Assembly: GCA_046056395.1 (NCBI GenBank)
Contig: CM100125.1
Span: forward strand, 45,175,895 to 45,205,575
DNA length: 29,681 nucleotides
Source: Mugilogobius chulae
Lineage: Eukaryota
Direction of reading: 5' to 3'
Position 1 is the first letter of the stretch; each line of letters opens with the position of its first letter. Shown one piece after another: positions 21,419-29,681 of this stretch. The notes under the pieces were generated by a model. That model did not search any database, was not told the DNA's origin, and worked only from the letters and a program-made list of their open reading frames with translations. The translations under genes and the position numbers were made by a program.

Positions 21419-21479
21419 TTCCCAGACTTTATAAGACATGGTGCTGGTTCTGGATCAGCAAAAGTAAAATTTGACCCAG
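21419..21479 (+). CDS. MAP7-domain-like gene, exon 5: FPDFIRHGAGSGSAKVKFDP.
   Basis: Acceptor gtcttttttag and donor CAG|gtaaac. Confidence 0.4.
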
Positions 21480-21552
21480 GTAAACTCAAGTTGTATAGCT
21501 TTTATCCAACCACCTTTAGAATAAGTGATTTACTGATGTATTATACTTGCAG

Positions 21553-21792
21553 ATGCTGTGGAAAACAGGGATTACAGGGATTCCAAATCAGTAACAAAAC
21601 TAAAAATTAAGAGACCTAAACTAGCTGAAAATATTGTCTCTGACTCGTCCAGTTTGGATGAGACAGAAGAGGAGACAAATTCAAGAGAAGACACTGGGAT
21701 AAAAGACAAAAAGGACATCAGAAGTGGACAGTTGCCTCAAATACAGCAGCTGTTTGTGCCCTTTCTTTCATTTTGTAATATTAGTTCAAACA
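21553..21792 (+). CDS. MAP7-domain-like gene, exon 6 (K/E/S-rich): (D)AVENRDYRDSKSVTKLKIKRPKLAENIVSDSSSLDETEEETNSREDTGIKDKKDIRSGQ... The 3' end is uncertain.
   Basis: The acceptor tatacttgcag keeps the frame of ORF 21558-21797. The donor was not resolved. A possible donor is AACAG|gtgatg. Confidence 0.35.
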
Positions 21793-23879
21793 GGTGATGT
21801 AGTAACTGAATAGACTTTGTTTTATATAGAGACTTGTCAACGTCTACATCAAATGAAAAGTCAGCCATTAACAAGAGTCCGATGAAGCAACTTCACAAAA
21901 TGTTGAAAATGACAGTCAGAAGTCGATCAAAATGAAGGACAATGAAGCATCGTCAAAAACTGACAAGTAAAAGCACTATTCATGTATTTAAATAGAATCT
22001 AATTTGTCATGAATGTATGAGTGATTGATTTTTTTAATTAGGGAAAAAAGAAAAGACAGAAGATCTTCCAGTCACCAAAATTCTTCAGGAACAGAAAGAG
22101 AAGGCAGAATCACCGCTCATGATTCTCTGTCTTTCACTGGATCAGACGATGAGAACAAAACAACAAAAACTGTAAGAAATGCTGGTTTTAATTACAAGAC
22201 AAAACATTATTTCATTGTACTTTTCCCATCAGAATAAGGGAGTAAAGAGCAAAGAAGCAATGACAAAGAAGACAAACAATAAAAGTGCATCTCAAGGTAA
22301 TTTTGACGCAGATGTGCAGAGGGAGAAGAACAAGACAGAAGAGAAAAGCTAAAATACAAAGACATTCAGCCAGGTAATACATACTTTATCATTTGAATTA
22401 ACATTATACTTTGTAACACTTGTGATGGAGACACTACGTTTTATGTCTAAATTAGAAAAAATATAGCTAAAAGAACAACCGTGGAGATAAACAGGAGGAT
22501 AATAGTCCATTTTGTGATCATAAAACCTGCTCAAAGTAAAGACACACATTTTGATTATTAATTTAAAAATCACACAAGAAAGTTATACTATCAGAGTAAA
22601 AAGTACATCTGAAATGTAATTGCAATTTGTTAAAGAATTGTAATGTTCCTGGTCAATTTTGCAATCAATTTATATTTAGTCAATACATTTTTCTGTTTCT
22701 AGACAAGACTAAAGCTCAAAACTTGGCAAGATAAAGTATGAATTAGGCTGAAATAATCACTCAGATCAGGCACCAAATATTCTTTGCTTTTCAGTTCATT
22801 TTAAAGATTCTTTGAAGTAGTAGTAATACTTGTAGCTGCTTTAAAATGTAGTGAAGTAAAAGTAAAAAGTAATCACTGTAAAACTAAAGATGACTTGTTC
22901 CAAGACAAAGATTAAAAATCATTTTTTTTTAGACAATTACATTTCTTTGTTGTAGTTAATAAATAATACAAATCTGCGTCTTTACTTTGGTGAGCTTGCA
23001 AGGCTACAAAACTTTCACTTGTCCAAAAAAGTGTCTCTTCTTGTATGTTCTATGGCAAAGTGGTTTGTTTAGCTATTTTTTCACAATAGCCTATGGCATA
23101 AAATATATTTATCCCCATTCAGAATATCCCAAAATATGTCTTTTTTCTTTTTCCACTGAATTGTGTTGTTGACTTTTCATTTCCAGAAAGTTACACAGTG
23201 CACCTTTAAAATTATACCTAAGCACAGTACTTTTACATTTGTACTTTGTTTCCACAGATTGTAGATCAAAAAAACTAAATAGAGATTTTCCATATGTTTT
23301 TTTCTTCTCTTTTGGCATCTGATCTTTTAGCAAATGAAGCAATAAAGAACAGTGAAGATTCTAAAGGGGATGTCAGCAATCAAAGGAATACTGGACTTTC
23401 TGCCAAAGAAAAACACAATGTCACCAAATCAGAAGTCACTGAAGACAGTGAGGACACGAGGAGTCCAGACTGAACTCAGACAAATACAGCCGGTCTCTCA
23501 GATCTCTGACGTCAGGGGCCAGTGGATCTCGACCAAGACACAGCAGTAACTCCCAGAAGTCCTTGTCCTCGTCGTGTGAAGGCGGGACACTCCAGGGAAA
23601 CACTGTACCCTGTCCCTGTCCCGCAGCCGCCTGTCATCTTGCTCCACAGTCATGATCCAGAAGAACGACTTATGCTCAATCCAACTAAACCTGAGGTAAA
23701 AGTGAGACTGAAATGTATTATGATGAAACACTGATAAAGAGGTTATTTCTTAAAGTACATTTACTTTTAATGAACTGGAGCTAAACTGGGCTAAACAAGA
23801 CCAAACCAAAAGTCTACTATTGAATGTAACTGAGCTATGACCATACTTAAGTTGTCTGTGAGCTGTGTCTTTCTCTATG

Positions 23880-23960
23880 TGTTAAACCTGTGAGGAGTCG
23901 ATCACTGTTCAGGGTGTTCCCCGCCTAAGGCCCAAAGTCACTGAGATAGGCTCCAGTCCC
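23880..23960. repeat. Fragment of a repeat family conserved across teleost genomes (gtgttccccgcctaaggcccaaagtcactgagataggctccag).
   Basis: It resembles the widespread fish consensus 'cagggtgtaccccgcctctcgcccatagtcagctgggataggctccagc' from memory. This is not a database hit. Confidence 0.4.
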
Positions 23961-24023
23961 AAAACAAAACAAAAAAAATGTATGCATGAATGGTTACAAC
24001 ACATTGTACTTTTTTCTCCTCAG

Positions 24024-24232
24024 GCGGTTGTGACAGAGCAGCCTATAAAAGAACAGGATAACAATTCTAAAGTCCTTGCTGCGGAGAAAGCCAAACTCCA
24101 AAAACAGGAGGAGGTGAGGAAGAGGAGGGAGCAGGAGGAAGAACAAAGACGACAGCAGCAAAAAGTGGAACTGGAGCAGAGAATGAAGAACGAGCTGCAG
24201 AATGAAAGACAGAGGAGAGCAGAAGAGGCCAG
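24024..24232 (+). CDS. MAP7-domain-like gene, coiled-coil exon: AVVTEQPIKEQDNNSKVLAAEKAKLQKQEEVRKRREQEEEQRRQQQKVELEQRMKNELQNERQRRAEEA(R).
   Basis: Acceptor tttttctcctcag and donor CCAG|gtacaac. A possible preceding exon ends at 23697 (…LMLNPTKPE|gtaaaag) in matching phase. Confidence 0.55.
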
Positions 24233-24437
24233 GTACAACTTTTTAAATTTTGGGGTAGAGTTAAATACATGTAAGTTACAGAGGTGACCCAACTTTTGCT
24301 GCCAAATGTTTTGTAATAAATGTAGTATTGCATTGTTGTTTTAGTCAAAAATGTAACTTTTGGATAAATTGTCTGTCAAAATGTTATGAATGACAGAACT
24401 TAAATGAACAACTATGGCTTTATTTTCGCTCTTCGAG

Positions 24438-24610
24438 ATTGAAAAAGCAGACAGAGGAAGAGGAGAGACAGCGACGAGAGGAAGAGGAGCAGAGGAGAAA
24501 GCAAAGGGAACAAGAGCGGCGAGAACGAGAGATCAGGATGCAACAAGAGAAGAAAAGACAGATGGAGCATTTTCAGAGAATGAGAGAGGAGGAGGAGCAG
24601 AGGAGGAAGG
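24438..24610 (+). CDS. MAP7-domain-like gene, coiled-coil exon: (R)LKKQTEEEERQRREEEEQRRKQREQERREREIRMQQEKKRQMEHFQRMREEEEQRRK.
   Basis: Acceptor ctcttcgag and donor AAGG|gtaatg. EHFQRMREEEEQ resembles the conserved 'EKHFQREEQERLERKKRLEE' block of the MAP7 domain. This is recalled from memory and is not a database hit. Confidence 0.55.
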
Positions 24611-24727
24611 GTAATGTAGACATGTTTAACACTTATCAACGCTCTTGCATTTCAGTCACGTTATTTCTAGATAATTTTTTTTTTCTTAAAGACAATGACA
24701 TTTATTCTACTTTGTAATTTCTCACAG

Positions 24728-24947
24728 CTGAAGCAAATCGTTTGAAACTGCTGGAGGAGAAACGGCTCCAAGAAGAAAACCTTAAACTGCAAGAAATGAC
24801 TGCTAGTGAGAGAGTAGAGTATCTGCGTAAAAAACAGGAAGAAAACAATAAAAGAGAGATAGAAGAGGAAGAACATAGAAAGAAAGAGGAGGAAGCTGCT
24901 TTAATCAACGCACAGAAGGCGAAGATGGAAGAGGAGCTGTTAGCACG
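24728..24947 (+). CDS. MAP7-domain-like gene, coiled-coil exon: (A)EANRLKLLEEKRLQEENLKLQEMTASERVEYLRKKQEENNKREIEEEEHRKKEEEAALINAQKAKMEEELLA(R). It may instead read through to a stop at about 25005 (…RYNVVAAKSIFKESTNKLY*).
   Basis: Acceptor tttctcacag. A donor CACG|gtacaat is available. Alternatively the open frame runs to a TGA at 25003-25005. Confidence 0.5.
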
Positions 24948-25729
24948 GTACAATGTTGTTGCTGCAAAGTCTATATTTAAAGAAAGCACGAACAAATTAT
25001 ATTGACATGTTTCATTTGTGTTTTCTGAAGGGAGATGGCCCTGTTGCACCAGAGGTTGTCTTTTAAAAGAGGTCTCATGGTGGAGACTGAAGGTTTGGAG
25101 AGGAGCCAGGGCATCTCAAGACCTTGGACTTATTCATACTTCACTTTGCTACAACTGCTGAGTCTGTCCACTGCAGGAGAGCGCCACATGAGTGATAATT
25201 AATTTCAAAAAAGTGTATTATAATAAAATAAAATGAACATTAATAAAAAAGTATAATTTTTTGTTGATTTTATATTGATTAATTGACAGGATTTTAAAAG
25301 GAAATTGTTCACATAATAGACAGAAATGTTCAGATTTTCTATTTGTAAATGAAAAAGTAGTATCCTACAAAAATGGTCTACTTTCTACTTGGAATTAGGG
25401 ACAAATAAACAAACAATTAAAAAACAAAACAAATGAAAAACGACGTGAGGGGCTACTAAACATCCTCGAAAAGTGAGATCCATGGATGTATTATATTATC
25501 TACTTCCATGGTGAGATCCCAAAAGTGTCTTTCCCTTTTACACAATAGACGATCTTTGTTGACCCGGAAGTACATTCTCTGCTCTGTTTTTGTTTTTATT
25601 ACCGTGGATGAGGAGAAGAAAAGACTGTCTTATACATATTTGGCCTGAAATTGTGGTTTTATGTCCTAGTCGTTTTTAGTTTCTACTTCTAGTCTTTTTG
25701 TTGATGTTGTTATGAATTAGTTAATCGTC

Positions 25730-25794
25730 GGACGTCGCGGAAAGAGGAGCTTTGACCACCGCATCGATTTAGCTTTGTGCTAGCTTAGCACGGT
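25730..25794 (+). other. Putative non-coding first exon and transcription start region of the downstream ZNF-family-like gene (CpG-containing; donor GCACG|gtagtag).
   Basis: A local CpG cluster cgtcggacgtcgcggaaagaggagctttgaccaccgcatcgatttagctttgtgctagcttagcacg is followed by gt. The next exon opens with an acceptor (tgtttcag at about 26365) just before the ATG. Confidence 0.25.
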
Positions 25795-26381
25795 AGTAGT
25801 TCATATTCTTGTTATTATGGTGTAATTAAGACATTTAGAGTACCATAATATCATATGGGATGGTCTCAACTGGGTGTAGACATCTGCTGCATCAAATACA
25901 TGCGTAACATAAATGAGCAACAGACTGGAGCAGCAAATGAATGCATTTTAACTATTTTAGAATTAATGTAAGCTATGTAACAGTTAATTAATCGGACTAA
26001 TAGTAAGCGACAACTTAGCTTCACTTAGCAAAAATCTGTGACTTGACTTACGTGTGACTTGGATGTTATGACTTGAGACACTTCTGGTATCAGAAAGCGT
26101 TAGTCAATATTGTTATAAATAATGTTTATTGTGTGAGTTTTGCACCATTCTCTTTTTACTCTGATAATTTTGTTATTATTACTAGTTACAACAAAACTAG
26201 ACTAGTGTCAGAATATGAAGGGTATTATCACAGATCAAAAAAACATGACAGTGTCACATTTGAGTAAGGAACCCCTGTTTTTATTTGAAGGCAGGATTTT
26301 CTCAACTAAGTGTTTAACTATTACTCTCAGCAGTATTATACTAATCTAATACAATCTTGTTTCAGACCTGCAGACAGCACA

Positions 26382-26922
26382 ATGGATGTGAGCATTGCTG
26401 TTTCGCTGATTCGGGGACAGATGGGTGCTGTGGTGGAGCGAGCGGTCAACGGAGCAGTGGAGACTGTACTGGCTGAGATGCTCAAAGTTGTTGGGGGGAA
26501 ATTTGAAGAGCTAAAATCCCAAGTGGCGGTGATGAAGAGAGAGATGGTCCTCAAGGAGAAAGAGAATGAGAACATGAGGGCAAAACTGCGTTACACTGAA
26601 CTCAAGCTGAAGTATTATCGACAGGGAGTGGAGGAGGAGCTACAGCAGCACGTGTCCGCCGCGGCTCTCTCACACATGTACACACCCACAGGACAAGTCA
26701 CAGGACAGAGAGCGGCTCCTGGGTTTTCACAGTCAAACACAGCAGCACCCTCTTGCTCTGGTCAGACCAGGACCAAAACTACAAGCACGTCTCCTCAGAC
26801 CAGCGGGCGTCACAGTGGGAGAGTGCAGGGACATTCTGATGTGTGTGGAACCAGTTCTAACGCACCAGACATGATGCAGTCTCTAATGAGCACATCCACT
26901 GAGTCTCTGGACAACAGCACAG
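26382..26922 (+). CDS. Fish ZNF-family-like nuclear protein gene, first coding exon: MDVSIAVSLIRGQMGAVVERAVNGAVETVLAEMLKVVGGKFEELKSQVAVMKREMVLKEKENENMRAKLRYTELKLKYYRQGVEEELQQH...STG. In-frame Met codons further upstream (26310) are possible.
   Basis: The open frame is 180 aa with donor ACAG|gtaacatg. The N-terminal block AVVERAVNGAVETVLAEML...FEEL resembles the N-terminal domain found on many teleost-specific C2H2 zinc-finger genes (pattern ..ERL.aAaEEIf..F...I.EYEEEL). This is memory-based. Confidence 0.5.
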
Positions 26923-27036
26923 GTAACATGCTGTCCAAGATGTGGCAAACTTTTTGAATTTGAATTTTAAATATCCAGGACAATTAAAGCCTATGAACAT
27001 TATTATGTCCAAGTCTAGCTGTTCAGACTACAATTA

Positions 27037-27236
27037 CCGTCATTTCTGGATTATAAGACGCTACTTTTTTCACAAGCTTTGAACTATGCGGCTTATAAGG
27101 CAATGCAGCAAAATTATAGATTCTCATAGACTTACTATTAACAAGTGCGGCCTATATATGTACTTTATCACTTTTCTTTCTTAAATCTAGTGGGTGCGGC
27201 TTATATTCAGGTGCGCCCAATAGGGCAGAAATTACA
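27037..27236. mobile_element. Tc1/mariner-like MITE, copy 2, same orientation, flanked by TA.
   Basis: It matches 18364-18565 almost base for base (ccgtcatttctggattataagacgctacttttttcacaagctttgaac...gggcagaaattacag). TA flanks it at 27035-27036 and 27237-27238. Confidence 0.7.
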
Positions 27237-27625
27237 GTACTAGAATCATAATAGTTAAATCATTACCATTGCCATTAGATTTGTGGTTTATGTTTTAATT
27301 TAGAATTTAGTTCAAACTTCACTTGTTAAATATGCCTGGAGAGAAGACAAACAAAACTGAAATAGGTCAATAAACTGACAAACTAATAAAAGAATTCTTT
27401 GTGTTCAGAACATGACCCTCAAGTCATACATTGATTTAGATTTGATTGTGATACATTTTCCTGCTCTTATGTTACATAATTTATAAACTGGGCATACAAA
27501 CTAGATTAGCTAGGGAGAGAGTATATTTGTCTTTTTCCTTTCACAATAAATTGCAAGAAAACTGTATGTAACATTTGTATAAAGGTGAAAATCACCAATC
27601 ACAGTCCTGTCTTTTGTTGAAACAG

Positions 27626-27830
27626 GACTGAATCAAGACTCCTCTGTAAATAATTCAGAAGAGCAGAAACTTGAATGGACCATCGCTCTACAGTCAAACA
27701 CAGAAGGAGGGCCATACCAGGTTTCCAGACCCTCTCGTTTGAGTCAGAGCAACAGTCGACCACAGGCTCCACCACCTCGGAAGTATCAGCTCATGCAGAC
27801 AGCTCCACACTGCCCTGCTCACCTCCACAG
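27626..27830 (+). CDS. Same gene, exon 2: (G)LNQDSSVNNSEEQKLEWTIALQSNTEGGPYQVSRPSRLSQSNSRPQAPPPRKYQLMQTAPHCPAHLH(R).
   Basis: The acceptor ttgttgaaacag is in the phase left by the first exon. This is the only open frame. The strong donor CACAG|gtaatgtg leaves phase 2, which does not match the next exon. An alternative weak donor CAG|gtttcc at about 27719 would fit. Confidence 0.35.
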
Positions 27831-28049
27831 GTAATGTGACAATATTAAGCATGCTCCAGAATGTTGATATACTGAACTATCTTGGAGTCTATCTTGGACT
27901 CTGAGACACTGGCCTTTACTCGTACTGTGCTAAAATCTTTTCTTGCTGTGTCTTTTAAAAGCTTATGATTGTTCTGTAAAGCACTTGTCTTACGTTATCC
28001 ACCAATTGGGTAATACATTTTGCTTGCTTGCTAGAAGTGTGTCTTGTTG

Positions 28050-28330
28050 TGTTGAAGTTTTTTTTTTTTTTTTTTTTTTATTAAAAGGACATCAATATAA
28101 AGTTACCATAATTCCATTATACATAATCTAATAAGGTAAAAAGAAGATATACATTAATGCATAATAATGAATAATTACAATTTAACATAATTCATAATAA
28201 TAATAATTCATACTAATAATATTCATATTAATACATAGGACATAACAAACCAAAAACAAACAAACAAAAAACAACAACAAAACAATTATAACCAAAAATA
28301 AAAAATAAAAAATGGGGATACAATAATACT
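28050..28330. repeat. Poly-T tract of 23 T followed by an A/T-rich low-complexity block with AATAAT and ACAAAC units.
   Basis: Simple-sequence composition, read directly. Confidence 0.85.
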
Positions 28331-28425
28331 TTTTTTTTTATTTTATTTCATTCTAGACAGATGCTAATGCTAAAGTCAGTTAAGCCTGTTTCCAGCCACT
28401 GACATTTTAATCTGTTGTGTTGAAG

Positions 28426-28548
28426 GTTAAGCAGGAGCCACAACCAGATGATGAGGTCATCTATATCAAAGAGGAACCAGAGGCAGAGCAAGATGGGACC
28501 TCCATGTTTGATTGCCAGGTGCTTCCAGATTGTAAACCAGAGTCAAAG
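28426..28548 (+). CDS. Same gene: VKQEPQPDDEVIYIKEEPEAEQDGTSMFDCQVLPDCKPESK.
   Basis: Acceptor tctgttgtgttgaag and donor AAAG|gtaagaaac. The 'VKQE..EEPE' acidic exon is typical of teleost ZNF-family N-terminal regions. Confidence 0.5.
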
Positions 28549-28680
28549 GTAAGAAACTTCATTAAGGCCACATTTACTGTAGTTTTTAGTTTGCACTTTA
28601 ATCCTAATGTCTTATTACACCGACTAATAGATTTCAATGTACTGTAGATACAATTGATTAATAACACATATAATTATTAG

Positions 28681-28762
28681 GTTCCAAGAAATGGAGCTGA
28701 TTGGTCAGAACCACAGACCAGTGGAATAAATGCATCGAGCAGTTCATCTGGCTCAACCATCT
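28681..28762 (+). CDS. Same gene: VPRNGADWSEPQTSGINASSSSSGSTI(C/S).
   Basis: Acceptor taattattag and donor ATCT|gtgagtat. Phase 0 into phase 1. Confidence 0.45.
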
Positions 28763-28843
28763 GTGAGTATCTTTTCATCCAGACCCATTTTATAAAGTGT
28801 ATTAAATATTACTCAATACTAATCAGTTGAATTACCTTTCTAG

Positions 28844-29046
28844 CTATAATGTCCCAGCTAGCCGCATCTATGTCCCCCTCAATGTCAGCCTCTTCATTCA
28901 GCGCCTTTAATCAGCACCCCTGGTCTAGACGAGTTCTCGGTTTACCTGAGGAATACAAAAAACACAGAAAGGAGCAGCAAAGGCGGAGCTGGATGAAATG
29001 CAGAGAGCAGGAGAAGACTCTTCCTCAACCTCAGCTCTCGGAGATA
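28844..29046 (+). CDS. Same gene: (S)IMSQLAASMSPSMSASSFSAFNQHPWSRRVLGLPEEYKKHRKEQQRRSWMKCREQEKTLPQPQLSEI.
   Basis: Acceptor attacctttctag and donor GATA|gtaaga. It matches ORF 28849-29094. Confidence 0.5.
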
Positions 29047-29123
29047 GTAAGAAAAAACAAACCCAAAGACATTAAAGGTTATAGAAAGATTTAAAACAAC
29101 TATTCTGTACATTTGTTTTGCAG

Positions 29124-29198
29124 TTGCGAGAACGTCGTGAGAAGACCAGGCTGAGAGTTGCCAAATGGAGAGCAAAGAAGAAACTCCAAGAAGCAAAG
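29124..29198 (+). CDS. Same gene: LRERREKTRLRVAKWRAKKKLQEAK (basic region). The gene continues beyond the window.
   Basis: Acceptor atttgttttgcag and donor AAAG|gtcagat. Phase 0. Confidence 0.45.
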
Positions 29199-29391
29199 GT
29201 CAGATTATAACTAATTTCTCTGCATAAAAGCAAGCTATTCTTCTAAACCCACTAAAACTGATGTGTAAGACTGTAGTTGACTAAAGACAAGCTGTGTTCA
29301 GCAGTTTTACTAAAACTGGGCCAGGCAAAAAAAGAATTATTAGAAATTAGAGTTGTAGTAAACAGCCTCTACATAAATGATGCACAAAAGG

Positions 29392-29681
29392 TTTATTTTT
29401 TTTTTTTTTTCTAGTTAATCCGTTAGGGTCGCGGGTGATGGAGTATCCAGTGACTTGGCTTAGGCGGGAAATGACATGCACCGTGAGGTTAAAGACAATC
29501 ATCTCATTCACTACTAAGGAAATTACAGTATCCAATAATAAACATGCAGTTAGTAGGAAACAAGAAAAACCACGAACAAACATGCAAACTCACCAGAGAA
29601 ACGTGTGATGATATCGACCGGAGTCGAACACGACCCTTATGGAGCAGACTAAACTGTACTGCAAAAAGGTTCACTATTGTT
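29392..29681 (-). repeat. Poly-T followed by a fragment of the same teleost repeat family in reverse orientation (motifs gggtcgcggg..., ...catgcaaactc...).
   Basis: The reverse complement contains gagtttgcatgtttgttcgtggtttttcttgtttcc, which is similar to the common teleost repeat core 'gtttgcatgttctccctgtgttcgcgtgggtttcctcc'. It also contains gggtcgcgggtgatgg. Confidence 0.4.

Noticed and set aside
24020-25049. Long minus-strand ORFs (24020-24292, 24067-24348, 24412-24639, 24702-25049) rich in S/L/F/C
   Set aside because: They are the antisense reading of the GA-rich E/R/K coiled-coil exons on the plus strand. The composition is low-complexity and no splice signals support them.
29600-29640. 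tRNA-like T-arm motif (reverse complement ggtcgtgttcgactccgg)
   Set aside because: No acceptor stem, anticodon arm or CCA context is present. It is part of the teleost interspersed repeat, whose family may be tRNA-derived, and is not a tRNA gene.
1-29681. Prokaryotic-style systems (CRISPR arrays, defence islands, operons)
   Set aside because: The sequence is clearly eukaryotic, with GT-AG introns, LINE and MITE content, microsatellites and long AT-rich non-coding stretches. There are no direct-repeat/spacer arrays or dense co-oriented ORFs.

Overview
This window is eukaryotic nuclear DNA, almost certainly teleost fish. It is AT-rich, has spliced genes with GT-AG introns, a (TG)n microsatellite, fish-type LINE and MITE copies, and fragments of a repeat family conserved across teleosts. 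It contains no prokaryotic operons, CRISPR arrays or rRNA/tRNA genes.

The main gene is a multi-exon PARP1-like gene on the minus strand. Twelve exons lie between 11098 and about 104, and the gene runs out of the window at position 1. Its deduced product begins directly with a BRCT domain, followed by a degenerate WGR domain, the PARP helical domain and the start of the ADP-ribosyltransferase fold. No N-terminal zinc-finger exons were found within about 2 kb upstream of the start-codon exon. The catalytic H-G-S triad reads H-S-S.

Its large 3' intron holds a 3.1 kb degenerate RTE-like LINE (499-3605) flanked by a perfect 16-bp target-site duplication. The LINE inserted at the tip of a 180-bp palindromic hairpin element.

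The region just upstream of the first PARP coding exon is packed with DNA-transposon insertions. A CpG-rich, roughly 1 kb TIR element sits next to a TTA-flanked PIF/Harbinger-like MITE, and a further MITE lies inside intron 1.

Plus-strand gene models include:
- an E/R/K-rich MAP7-domain-like coiled-coil gene (18724-25005) whose exon phases are consistent throughout;
- a candidate two-exon small secreted, cytokine-like gene (16291-17329);
- the 5' part of a fish ZNF-family-like nuclear protein gene (25730-29198).

Several interspersed repeats are present in two copies within the window, including a Tc1-like MITE with TA duplications. All coordinates were derived by hand reverse-complementing and are approximate to within a few bases.
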